NCBI GenBank assembly: GCA_016206675.1
Contig: JACQRD010000080.1
Location: 1 to 40,261 of the forward strand
DNA: 40,261 nucleotides
Direction: 5' to 3'
Source of the DNA: Candidatus Omnitrophota bacterium
Lineage (GTDB): Bacteria; Omnitrophota; Gorgyraeia; Aquiviventales; Aquiviventaceae
Below are positions 15,018 through 22,995 of the stretch, one piece after another (within the stretch, counting starts at the first letter, position 1; each line of letters opens with the position of its first letter). A model generated the notes under the pieces. That model saw only the letters and a list, made by a program, of their open reading frames with translations. It was not told where the DNA came from and did not search any database. The translations under genes were made by a program, and so were the position numbers.

Positions 15018-16127
15018 TCAGGCTGTTTGTTCAGCGGCCCGGATGCGCTCGGTGATCGGGGGGTGGTCGTAGAACATCCACACCACCCACCGCGGAGGAT
15101 TGGGATCCGCCAGATTCAGCGCCGCCAAGCGGCGCAGCGCGGCGGCGAAAGCGCGCGGCCGGCTGGCCGTCTGCACGGCGAAGCGGTCCGACTGCCACTC
15201 GAAATGGCGCGAGAGCCCGTTTTGGATGGGCAAGCCGATCAGCCCCAACACGGAGAGCCACAAGGCCAGCGCCGGAAACCCCGCGATATCCGCCAGGCCC
15301 TCCAACTGCAACCACCCCACCCAGAAGCCGGCGAGGGCGCGCGTGAGCGTGAAGGCCACCCACGATCCCACCGCGCTGATGACCAACTGCTTCGTGATAT
15401 GGCGGTAGCGGTGGTGGGCCAGCTCATGAGCTAAGACGCCTTCGATTTCCTCCGGTGTGAAGTCGGCAATCAGCGTATCGGAGAGCAGCACCCGCCGCGT
15501 GCCGCCGAGCCCTGCCAGCGCCGCGTTGGCTTTGCGCGTCTCAGCTCCTAAGTTGAAGCGGTACACCCCCAACGCCGGCAGCTTCACGCGCTCGCACAGG
15601 GCCAGCAGGCGCTTCACTAACGTCTCCTGTTCAACCGGCGTCGTCTTATAGAAGATCGGTAAGAGCACGGTCGGGAAAATGCGTGCCAACACCATGCTGA
15701 AGGCCACCCATCCGAGCGTGGCCCACAGCGGCCACGTGCGCGGGGCTGCCCGCAGCAGGACGTACAACCCCTCGATGAGCAACCCTCCTAACACGGCGCT
15801 CACCGCCAGGTGCTTGGCTTCGCGCAGGCACCATTTCGCGAAGGACATTCGGGAGAGATGAAACCGGTGCTCGAGCAGAAACCCGCCGTAAAACCGCAGC
15901 GGCAGCCCCGCCGCGTACACCAGCGACCCGAAGACGGCCAGATACCCCGCGACGACCAGCCATTCGGTTGACGTCCACCGGCGCGCCCACTCCGCGATCC
16001 CATGCGAGGCGCTGCTCAGTTGGATGAACGCTAGTACCAACGCCGAGTAGGCCAGGTCAACCAGCAGCAGACGCCGGCGGGCGCGGGCGTAGCGGCGCGC
16101 GTCGTCCACCGGTTGCGATGGGGTCAT
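15018..16127 (-). CDS. Integral-membrane M48-family (Ste24/HtpX-like) zinc metallopeptidase
   Basis: HELAHHRYRH (HExxH) motif and several predicted TM helices. Its ATG overlaps the glpD stop as ATGA (16124-16127). Confidence 0.85.
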   Translation of the reverse strand: MTPSQPVDDARRYARARRRLLLVDLAYSALVLAFIQLSSASHGIAEWARRWTSTEWLVVAGYLAVFGSLVYAAGLPLRFYGGFLLEHRFHLSRMSFAKWCLREAKHLAVSAVLGGLLIEGLYVLLRAAPRTWPLWATLGWVAFSMVLARIFPTVLLPIFYKTTPVEQETLVKRLLALCERVKLPALGVYRFNLGAETRKANAALAGLGGTRRVLLSDTLIADFTPEEIEGVLAHELAHHRYRHITKQLVISAVGSWVAFTLTRALAGFWVGWLQLEGLADIAGFPALALWLSVLGLIGLPIQNGLSRHFEWQSDRFAVQTASRPRAFAAALRRLAALNLADPNPPRWVVWMFYDHPPITERIRAAEQTA

Positions 16128-17770
16128 GCGCCGCGTCCCACCTGGACCGGCTGCTGCCCAACGGCCTGCTCCCGAAAGGAGACGGCGGCCGACAGGAATC
16201 GCAGGTAGTCCTCCGCCTGTTCGGCCGTCTGGTGAGGGCTGAAACCTCCGTAGCGCTGCAACAGCTCTTCCACCGCCGGCAGCGCATCAAGCCCATGGCA
16301 GGCGCTCCACGCCATGGGCAGCCGCCGCGCCATCACGTCAGTGATCGTGCAGGCCATTTCCTGCTGGATGGCGTAGACGCCTTCGGCGGCGAGCCACTCG
16401 TGATGCGGGCAGAGACGGTCGGCCAGCGCCGCATCGGCTCCGACGACGTGCAGAAGGGAGAGCGTGCCGGCGCCATAGCGGTTCACGAGGCGCGAGAGCG
16501 TGTCGGGATCGACGAGCCGGATCAGCTCCGGCACCTGATCAAGCAGCATGGAATGGACCGGCTCCATCAGATGCACTTGATCGGTCAGGCAGCGCTCTCC
16601 GCTGAAGCGGCCGCAGCGCATCGCCATCTCCACCGCCTGACGAGCCATCACCCGATAGGTGGTGTACTTGCCGCCCATCACGCTGATCAGCCCGGAGGTG
16701 CTGACTTCGATGCGGTGCTCGCGCGAGGCCGCGGTGGGGGTTCCTGAAAAGGCCAGCAGCGGCCTAGCACCGGCGAAGGTGGCGAGGACGTCCTCCGGTG
16801 TTAGGTGGCTGCCCGGCAAGACGCGATTGGCTTCCTCGAGAAGGTAAGCCACCTCCTCCGGCGTGGCCCGCAGATCATCCAGCGAACCGCCCACCACGGA
16901 CTCCGTCGTGCCCACAATCGAGTGCTGCGCCCATGGCAGGATGAAGAAGAGGTGCCGGTCACGGCGGCTTTCGGCCAGCACCGCGGTCTGGGCCAGCTGG
17001 CGCACGACGAGATGGATGCCCTTCGTCGGGGCCAGGCGCAGCGGCGCGTGGGGATCGTCCAGCCGGCGCACGCCGTCGGCCCACGGCCCGGTGGCATTGA
17101 TGACCATGCGCGCGCGCACCTCAACCGTCCGCCCGCCGATGCGGTCGCCCACAACCCCTCCGCAGAGCGCTCCGTCGCGGCGCAGCCACTGCAGCAGGCG
17201 GGCATAATTAAGGCACACCGCGCCGAAGCGTTGCGCTTGCAGCACATTCGCCAGGCACAGGCGCGCATCATCCATCTGGCAATCCATGTAGACGCCGGCC
17301 ACCCGCAAGCCATCCACCCGCAGCGCCGGCTCCAGCGCCGCCGCCCGCTGGGGTAGGACCATCTTGTGGGCGGGCAGGCCGCCTCGCCACGCCAACAGGT
17401 CATAGAGTGTTAAGCCCGCGTTGATCTTCCAGGCCGGCCGGCTGGAATGCGAATAGACCGGGATCATCAGCGCGAAGGGATGCACGACGGCCGGGGCGAT
17501 AGCGCGGAGAATGCGCCGCTCGCGCAGGCTTTCAAAAACCAACCGCAGCTGCCCATGCTCCAGATACCGCAAGCCTCCATGGATCAGCTTGGACGTCTTC
17601 GAGCTGGTGCCGCCGGCGAAGTCCCCCTGCTCCACGAGGGCTACCGACAGCCCGCGCATGACGGCATCGCGGGCAATGCCGGCGCCAACGATACCGCCAC
17701 CCACCACAAGAACGTCAAACGGCGTGGCGGCCAGCTGCGCGATCCGCTGGGCGCGCTGAGTCACCACCAT
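16124..17770 (-). CDS. glpD: FAD-dependent glycerol-3-phosphate dehydrogenase
   Basis: The dinucleotide-binding motif DVLVVGGGIVGAG and GlpD-family similarity run the full length. ATG 17770 (MVVTQRAQ...) overlaps the glpK stop by 1 nt (TGATG). The track start 17911 lies inside glpK. Confidence 0.9.
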   Translation of the reverse strand: MVVTQRAQRIAQLAATPFDVLVVGGGIVGAGIARDAVMRGLSVALVEQGDFAGGTSSKTSKLIHGGLRYLEHGQLRLVFESLRERRILRAIAPAVVHPFALMIPVYSHSSRPAWKINAGLTLYDLLAWRGGLPAHKMVLPQRAAALEPALRVDGLRVAGVYMDCQMDDARLCLANVLQAQRFGAVCLNYARLLQWLRRDGALCGGVVGDRIGGRTVEVRARMVINATGPWADGVRRLDDPHAPLRLAPTKGIHLVVRQLAQTAVLAESRRDRHLFFILPWAQHSIVGTTESVVGGSLDDLRATPEEVAYLLEEANRVLPGSHLTPEDVLATFAGARPLLAFSGTPTAASREHRIEVSTSGLISVMGGKYTTYRVMARQAVEMAMRCGRFSGERCLTDQVHLMEPVHSMLLDQVPELIRLVDPDTLSRLVNRYGAGTLSLLHVVGADAALADRLCPHHEWLAAEGVYAIQQEMACTITDVMARRLPMAWSACHGLDALPAVEELLQRYGGFSPHQTAEQAEDYLRFLSAAVSFREQAVGQQPVQVGRGA

Positions 17771-19254
17771 CAACGACTCCGGCTGCGCACGCGCGCCACC
17801 GCCTCTTGCCAGCCGCGAGACAACCGCTGCCGCTCGCGCGGCGGCATGCGCGGCGTGAAGACGCGCTCCGGCTGCCCCGCCAGCCGCGAGACATCCCGCG
17901 GCGTCCACCACCCAATGCCGATGCCGGCGAGCAAGGCCGCGCCCTTACCGGTATTGGCGACCATGGCGGGGCGCAAAACGGGAATGCCTAAGAGGTCGGC
18001 CTGAAACTGCATCAACCAGTCATTGCGCGCGGCCCCGCCGTCGACGCGCAGCTCACGCAGCCGCAGGCGGCTGTCTAGCTCCATTGACTCCACGACGTCG
18101 CGCGTTTGATAGGCCAGCGATTCGAGGGTGGCCCGGATGAGCACCTCACGCGTTGAGCCGCGCGTGAGGCCGATGACCGCCCCGCGCGCGCCCATGTCCC
18201 AGTACGGGGCCCCCAGCCCCACGAACGCGGGCACCACGTAGACGCCCCCCGTGCTTTTCGTGCGCCGCGCAATGGCCTCGGTGTCTGCGGCGCTGGCGAT
18301 GATCCGCAGGCCGTCGCGCAGCCACTGAATGGCGGCTCCGGCGATGAAGACGCTACCCTCCAGCGCATAGGCCGGCTCGGAACCGCCCCCGTAGACCAGC
18401 GTCGTCACCAGGCCGTGGCGGCTGCGGACGAATGTCGATCCCGTATGCAGCAGCAGAAAACAGCCGGTGCCGTAGGTATTCTTCGCTGTGCCGGGCGAGA
18501 GGCAGCCGTGGCCGACCATCGACGCCTGCTGATCGCCCGCCACGCCCGTAATGGGAAGACCGGCGGGCAGTGGCGCGCGGCCTGCCGTCACCCCAAAACG
18601 CCCGTTGGGCGGCAACACCTGCGGCAAGAGCGAGGCCGGCACGCCCAGCAGGCGGCAGAGCTGCGCATCCCACCGATGTGCGCGGATGTTGTAGAGCAGC
18701 GTGCGGGAGGCGTTGGTGAAATCGGTGGCGTGCGTCCGGCCGCCGGTGAGGTGCCAGATCAGCCAGCTGTCCACGGTGCCGAAGGCCAGCTCTCCCCGCT
18801 GCGCCTGGCGCCTAGCACCGGGCACGTGATCCAGCAGCCACTGAATCTTTGTGCCGGAGAAGTAGGCGTCCAGCACCAAACCGGTCTTCCGCTGGAACGC
18901 CCGAAGATGGCCGCGGGCTTTCAGCCGGTCGCACAGGGGGGCTGTCCGGCGGCATTGCCAGACGATCGCGTTGGCGATGGGCCGTCCGGTGCGGCGGTTC
19001 CAGACGATGGTGGTTTCCCGCTGGTTGGTGATGCCGACCGCGGCGAGGCGCCGGGGGCTGATGCGCGCGGCATCCAACGCGCGCTTGATGACGGCCCAGG
19101 TGACGGAGAGGATCTGATCCGGCCGATGCTCCACCCAGCCGGGGTGAGGGTAGTGCTGCGGCAGCTCGGCGTAGGCCCGGGACACCACCCGGCCGCGCCG
19201 GTTGAAGAGGAGCACCGTCGTCCCTGTGGTGCCCTGGTCAATCGCCAATATCAT
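17770..19254 (-). CDS. glpK: Glycerol kinase
   Basis: FGGY kinase family. MILAIDQGTTGTT, NQRETTIVW and GDQQAS motifs are present. No obvious Shine-Dalgarno sequence. Confidence 0.96.
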   Translation of the reverse strand: MILAIDQGTTGTTVLLFNRRGRVVSRAYAELPQHYPHPGWVEHRPDQILSVTWAVIKRALDAARISPRRLAAVGITNQRETTIVWNRRTGRPIANAIVWQCRRTAPLCDRLKARGHLRAFQRKTGLVLDAYFSGTKIQWLLDHVPGARRQAQRGELAFGTVDSWLIWHLTGGRTHATDFTNASRTLLYNIRAHRWDAQLCRLLGVPASLLPQVLPPNGRFGVTAGRAPLPAGLPITGVAGDQQASMVGHGCLSPGTAKNTYGTGCFLLLHTGSTFVRSRHGLVTTLVYGGGSEPAYALEGSVFIAGAAIQWLRDGLRIIASAADTEAIARRTKSTGGVYVVPAFVGLGAPYWDMGARGAVIGLTRGSTREVLIRATLESLAYQTRDVVESMELDSRLRLRELRVDGGAARNDWLMQFQADLLGIPVLRPAMVANTGKGAALLAGIGIGWWTPRDVSRLAGQPERVFTPRMPPRERQRLSRGWQEAVARVRSRSR

Positions 19255-19269
19255 CGTTTACAGTAGAGA

Positions 19270-19329
19270 GGTTGAGGGTTCAGGGGTGGGGGTTCAGGGG
19301 AATGACCCCGAACCCACAACCCTCAACCC
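19270..19329. repeat. Heptamer-periodic palindromic element of the GGGTTCG/CGAACCC family (copy 1), 16 nt upstream of the glpK ATG.
   Basis: G-rich arm 19270-19300, loop aatga, C-rich arm 19306-19329. It shares cccacaaccct[c/g]aac with 24831-24860 and 32205-32234. Confidence 0.85.
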
Positions 19330-19396
19330 AGAACACCACACGTCCTTCCGTGTGATGTAAGTATACCTGAGGAATACTACGCGGGGTTACGCGGAA

Positions 19397-19846
19397 TTAA
19401 GCGCGACTGCGGTTATGGAGGGAGGCGGCCAGCACGTTGATGGCGTCGGCGAGTTCGGTGAGCTCATCGCCAGCGCGCAGTTTCACCTGGACGTCGTACT
19501 GGCCGTTGGCCATGCGTGCTAGCGCGGCATGGATCCTGACGAGCGGGCCGGCGACCCGGTGGCTCAGGCGAACGCCCCACCAGATCACCAGCGGGGTCAC
19601 CGCCAGCAGCTCGAGCACAATCGTCCAGCACATGGTCTGCAGCAAGGAGACCATGAGGAGATTGCCGGTCAGCTCAAATGAGGAGAGTGTGAGCCAGCCG
19701 CCCACATAGACGGCGGCGACAGCCAGCACCGCCATGGCGCACAGGATGACGACCATGGCGTTGACGAAGCGAAACTGCAAGGGCCGGTTCACCACCCACC
19801 GGCGTCGGCGAGAGCGCTCTGCCCCATGCGCGTGTGCGGCCATCAT
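19397..19846 (-). CDS. Small two-TM HAMP-domain-only protein (paralogue B)
   Basis: 149 aa from ATGATG 19846, preceded by GGAGG. Features are RRRRWVVNRPLQFRF, two hydrophobic helices, and the HAMP-like HRVAGPLVRIHAALARMANGQYDVQVKLRAGDELTELADAINVLAASL. The 330-aa track ORF 19397..20389 is an over-extension. Confidence 0.7.
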   Translation of the reverse strand: MMAAHAHGAERSRRRRWVVNRPLQFRFVNAMVVILCAMAVLAVAAVYVGGWLTLSSFELTGNLLMVSLLQTMCWTIVLELLAVTPLVIWWGVRLSHRVAGPLVRIHAALARMANGQYDVQVKLRAGDELTELADAINVLAASLHNRSRA

Positions 19847-19857
19847 GCCTCCGTGTG

Positions 19858-20334
19858 CTAGGCCAGCAGCGGATCCGCCGCGTCGGCGGGCCCGTCGCTG
19901 TCCACGTGGATCAATAGGCTGTGGTCGATATAAAAATGGCGCACCCCGGTTCTCCCTGGCGTCACAGGATCCGCTTGCAGCGAAAAACCACCTCCGCCGG
20001 AAGCCGGCGCGTACGTAAAGGTATAGCCTTGCTTCGTCACCGTCGTGCCGTTGCCGATGAGATCCGGTGTCACGTACGGCGGCGAGGCCGTTCCCAGCTG
20101 CATGAGCGTCGACGGGTAGGCGTGGTAAGACAAGAAAAACATCTGGCAGGATTGGGCCACATGCCGCAACGACCCCACGGCGAGCTGCTCGTACGCGCTG
20201 ATGCGCGCGCGCTGCAGCTGGACCATCCCGATCGCCGCCAGCAGCCCCACGATCACCGCCACCATCACTACTTCGATGAGGGTGAACCCCGCCCCACGGA
20301 CGTGGGGCGGGGTGAAGGCGGCGCGGCGGCGCAT
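19858..20334 (-). CDS. Prepilin-type (type IV pilin / T2SS pseudopilin-like) protein
   Basis: 158 aa. The leader MRRRAAFTPPHVRGAG is followed by the FTLIEVVMVAVIVGLLAAIG class III signal and N-methylation motif. The track ORF 19858..20835 is an over-extension. Confidence 0.8.
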   Translation of the reverse strand: MRRRAAFTPPHVRGAGFTLIEVVMVAVIVGLLAAIGMVQLQRARISAYEQLAVGSLRHVAQSCQMFFLSYHAYPSTLMQLGTASPPYVTPDLIGNGTTVTKQGYTFTYAPASGGGGFSLQADPVTPGRTGVRHFYIDHSLLIHVDSDGPADAADPLLA

Positions 20335-20342
20335 GCGTGGAC

Positions 20343-20783
20343 TCACCCCACTCGGGTGCGAAGGAACTCGGCGAGCGTGTTGACGGCATCGGCCAGCTCC
20401 CTGAGCGAATCCCCCTTGCGCAGCGTGATGCGCTGGCGGAAATTGCCGGTGGTCATCTCCCGCAGGACGGCCATGATGCGCACCAGCGGCCCAGCGACCT
20501 TGTGGGTCATTCGCAAGCCGATCCAGACGACAACCGGCGCGATGACGAGCAGCTCGAAGGTCACCACCAATCCCACCGTGGTCAGCTGGGCCACCGCCAC
20601 CGGATCCTCGGTAAGGCTGTAGGTGCGCAGCGTAAACCACAGGGCGAAGTAGACACTCGCGAGCGCGCCAATGGTCAGCAGCAGCAGCACCGACAGCATA
20701 ATGCCGATGAACTGGTATTGCAGCGGCGGGTTGACCAGCAGCTGCCGGCGCTGGTACGCGCGCGGGCCCGGCGCAGATGCCAT
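20343..20783 (-). CDS. Small two-TM HAMP-domain-only protein (paralogue A)
   Basis: 146 aa from ATG 20783, with GGAGG 6 nt upstream. Features are QRRQLLVNPPLQYQF, two TM helices, and the HAMP-like HKVAGPLVRIMAVLREMTTGNFRQRITLRKGDSLRELADAVNTLAEFL. By eye it is about 35-40% identical to paralogue B. Confidence 0.7.
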   Translation of the reverse strand: MASAPGPRAYQRRQLLVNPPLQYQFIGIMLSVLLLLTIGALASVYFALWFTLRTYSLTEDPVAVAQLTTVGLVVTFELLVIAPVVVWIGLRMTHKVAGPLVRIMAVLREMTTGNFRQRITLRKGDSLRELADAVNTLAEFLRTRVG

Positions 20784-20818
20784 GGCACCTCCTCTTGTTT
20801 GTCCAGGGAATACCACGA

Positions 20819-20869
20819 TTTGCGCCCCTCCGCAATGGGAATTATACTGATGGGCATGTCCGTCTCACT
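20819..20869. promoter_or_regulatory. Overlapping divergent promoter pair (suhB on plus, HAMP/pilin operon on minus)
   Basis: Plus strand: TTGCGC (20819-20824), 18-nt spacer, TATACT (20843-20848). Minus strand: GTGAGA (20863-20868), 16-nt spacer, perfect TATAAT (complement of 20841-20846). The two -10 hexamers overlap by 4 bp. Confidence 0.45.
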
Positions 20870-21650
20870 GACCGCCTGCGCGCACGCGGCCGAGCACGCC
20901 GCCCGCGCGGCCGGAGCGCTACTGCTACGGCACGTCGACCGACCGAAGCGCGTGAGCACCAAGCGCAACGCCGTCGACCTCGTCACGAACATCGACCGGG
21001 CCTCCGAGCGGCTCATCTCTACGACCTTGCAGCGCGCCACACCCGCCTTCGACTTCCTCGGTGAGGAGCGCGGGGCGCGCGAGGCGGGGGCCGCCTACCG
21101 GTGGATCGTCGATCCGATCGACGGGACGAACAACTTCGTGCACGGCTTGCCGCTCTTCGGCGTCTCGATCGGCCTGGAGCACCGCGGCCGCGTGGTGGTG
21201 GGGGTGGTCTACGACCCGTCGAGGCGGGAACTCTTCAGCGCCATCCGCGGACGGGGGGCGCGGCTTAATGGACGCCGCGTGCGCGTCGCCCGCACGCGGC
21301 GGCTGGCCGAGAGCTTGGTGTCGACGGGCTTTTCCTTCAACTTCCGCCGCCACGCTCAACCCTACCAGCGGTGGTTCCGCCAGTTCCAGTGCCGCTCACA
21401 CGGGGTGCGGCGCATCGGCTCAACCGTCCTCTGCTTGGCGTGGATCGCCGCCGGGCGCCTTGAAGGTTTCTACGAACGGGACCTGTGGCCGTGGGATATC
21501 GCCGCCGGGTCGCTGTTGGTCGCGGAGGCGGGCGGGCGCGTGACGGATCTCGACGGCGGCCCGGCCAGCCTGTCGAGCGGCCAGTTGTTGGCCTCCAACG
21601 GGCGCATCCACCGCGAGATGCTGCGTATCCTGAAGAACGTGAATGGGTAA
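20850..21650 (+). CDS. suhB: Inositol monophosphatase family protein
   Basis: WIVDPIDGTNNFVHG and WDIAAG motifs. The start is ATG 20850 or 20856; the latter is 7 nt after the -10 box and possibly leaderless. The track ORF starts at 20337, inside the opposite-strand genes. Confidence 0.92.
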   Translation: MGMSVSLTACAHAAEHAARAAGALLLRHVDRPKRVSTKRNAVDLVTNIDRASERLISTTLQRATPAFDFLGEERGAREAGAAYRWIVDPIDGTNNFVHGLPLFGVSIGLEHRGRVVVGVVYDPSRRELFSAIRGRGARLNGRRVRVARTRRLAESLVSTGFSFNFRRHAQPYQRWFRQFQCRSHGVRRIGSTVLCLAWIAAGRLEGFYERDLWPWDIAAGSLLVAEAGGRVTDLDGGPASLSSGQLLASNGRIHREMLRILKNVNG

Positions 21651-21730
21651 ATGCGTCAATGAGTGAATGCGTTAGAACGTCTTAGAGTTGGCGGTTACCC
21701 ATTCACGCATCGACGCATTCACACATTTAC
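21639..21730. repeat. Palindromic element of the GTGAATG/CATTCAC word family, between convergent suhB and the rRNA methyltransferase gene.
   Basis: gtgaatgggtaa (21639-21650) is perfectly complementary to ttacccattcac (21695-21706). gtgaatgcg (21663-21671) is complementary to cgcattcac (21714-21722). The element includes both stop codons (TAA 21648-21650 and tta 21727-21729) and may act as a bidirectional terminator, although it has no T-tract. Confidence 0.8.
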
Positions 21731-22995
21731 TGTCGTTCGAGCAGCACGAACGTTTCCACGTGGGGTGTCTGCGGAAACATGTCAAACGCCCGCACCGTGG
21801 CCACCCGGTAGCGCGGGAAGGCCTCGAGCAGCACGCGCAGATCGCGAACCAGCGACACGGGATTGCACGAGAGATACGCGATACGCTGGGGCCGCGCCGC
21901 CAAGATGGCCGAGAGCACTTGCACGTGCGCGCCCTCTCGCGGCGGATCCACAATCACCGCATCCGGCTTCGCTGGCTTCAGCCAATACCGCCGGTCCATC
22001 AGCACCTCTTCCGCCCGTCCGGCGATCCACTGCGCGTTCTCCACGTCGTTGGCCGCCGCGTTAAGCCGCGCCAACTCCAGATGGTGCGGCTCGCTGTCGA
22101 TGCCGTACACCCGGCCAAACGCGCGCGAGAGATACAGCGCCGCCACCCCGACGCCGCAATAGAGATCCCACGCCACCTGATCTCGCCGCGCGGCGACGGC
22201 CTCGCGCACCGCCCGGTAGAGCCGCTCCGCTTGGATCGTGGACGACTGGAGGAAGCTCAGCGGTGCGAGTTTCACGCGCAGCCATCCGATGCGCTCCTCC
22301 AGATAGTCGCTGCCGAAGAGCCGGGTGAGCTGCTGCGGCACGGCCACATCCGCCAGGCGGTCTGTCCGGCCCCAGTACGCGCTGCAGAGCACCGGGTGCC
22401 GCTCCATCAGCCGGCCCATCAGCCCGCTGACGGCTGCCGCTGCGGCCTCGTCAAGGCCGGCGGTGGTCACCAGACACAGCAGCATGCGCTGGTCTGCGTG
22501 GCTGTAGCGGACGACGGCGTACCGGATACATCCCTGGTGGGTGCGGGGATGGTAGACCGGAAGGCCCGAGGCCTCAACCAATGCCCGCATCTCGCGCAGC
22601 ACTGGCATGACCGGTTGCGGCAGCAGCAGGCAGTCATCGAGATCGACCACGCGGCGGAAGGAGTGCCTCGCATGCAAGCCGAGGGTCACGCGGCCGCCGG
22701 CCTCGCCGAAGGTCAGCTCCGCTCTCGTGCGGTAGCGCCAGGGCTCCTCCAGCCCGATGAGCTCGAGGTCGGACGGCATGCCCGGCACGGCGGCCAGGGC
22801 GCTGCGCAGCCGCTGCCGTTTGAGGGCCAACTGGTCCGCGTAGGAAAGATCCTGCAGCGCGCAGCCCCCGCAGATCCCGAAGTACGGGCATGGCGCCTGA
22901 ACGCGCTTGAACGAAGCTGGAGGCTGGAGGCTGGAAACCGGATCGGCCTTTTCCTGCTTCCAGCTTCCTGCTTCCAGCTTCCGCTCGCTTACCAT
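21727..22995 (-). CDS. 23S rRNA (uracil-5-)-methyltransferase, RumA/RlmD family
   Basis: CPYFGICGGC iron-sulfur motif followed by a SAM-methyltransferase core (DLYCGVG, DPPREG). ATG 22995 overlaps the rhomboid stop. The track ORF (to 23772) is an over-extension. Codons 5-27 are encoded by a palindromic element. Confidence 0.88.
   Translation of the reverse strand: MVSERKLEAGSWKQEKADPVSSLQPPASFKRVQAPCPYFGICGGCALQDLSYADQLALKRQRLRSALAAVPGMPSDLELIGLEEPWRYRTRAELTFGEAGGRVTLGLHARHSFRRVVDLDDCLLLPQPVMPVLREMRALVEASGLPVYHPRTHQGCIRYAVVRYSHADQRMLLCLVTTAGLDEAAAAAVSGLMGRLMERHPVLCSAYWGRTDRLADVAVPQQLTRLFGSDYLEERIGWLRVKLAPLSFLQSSTIQAERLYRAVREAVAARRDQVAWDLYCGVGVAALYLSRAFGRVYGIDSEPHHLELARLNAAANDVENAQWIAGRAEEVLMDRRYWLKPAKPDAVIVDPPREGAHVQVLSAILAARPQRIAYLSCNPVSLVRDLRVLLEAFPRYRVATVRAFDMFPQTPHVETFVLLERQ
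22913..22982. repeat. Heptamer-periodic palindromic element of the CTGGAGG/CTTCCAG family, inside the 5' end of the methyltransferase CDS.
   Basis: Arm 22913-22936 is gaag(ctggagg)x2ctggaa, the core contains GAAACCGGATC (22934-22944), and the second arm runs to 22982 as (ctgcttccagcttc)x2c. The same plus-strand core occurs at 7315-7325. Confidence 0.85.

Noticed and set aside
19397-20835. The two long overlapping track ORFs 19397..20389 (330 aa) and 19858..20835 (325 aa).
   Set aside because: Each is an upstream over-extension through a neighbouring gene in another frame. The region resolves cleanly into three short genes with their own GGAGG sites, sensible N-termini and 8-11-nt gaps.
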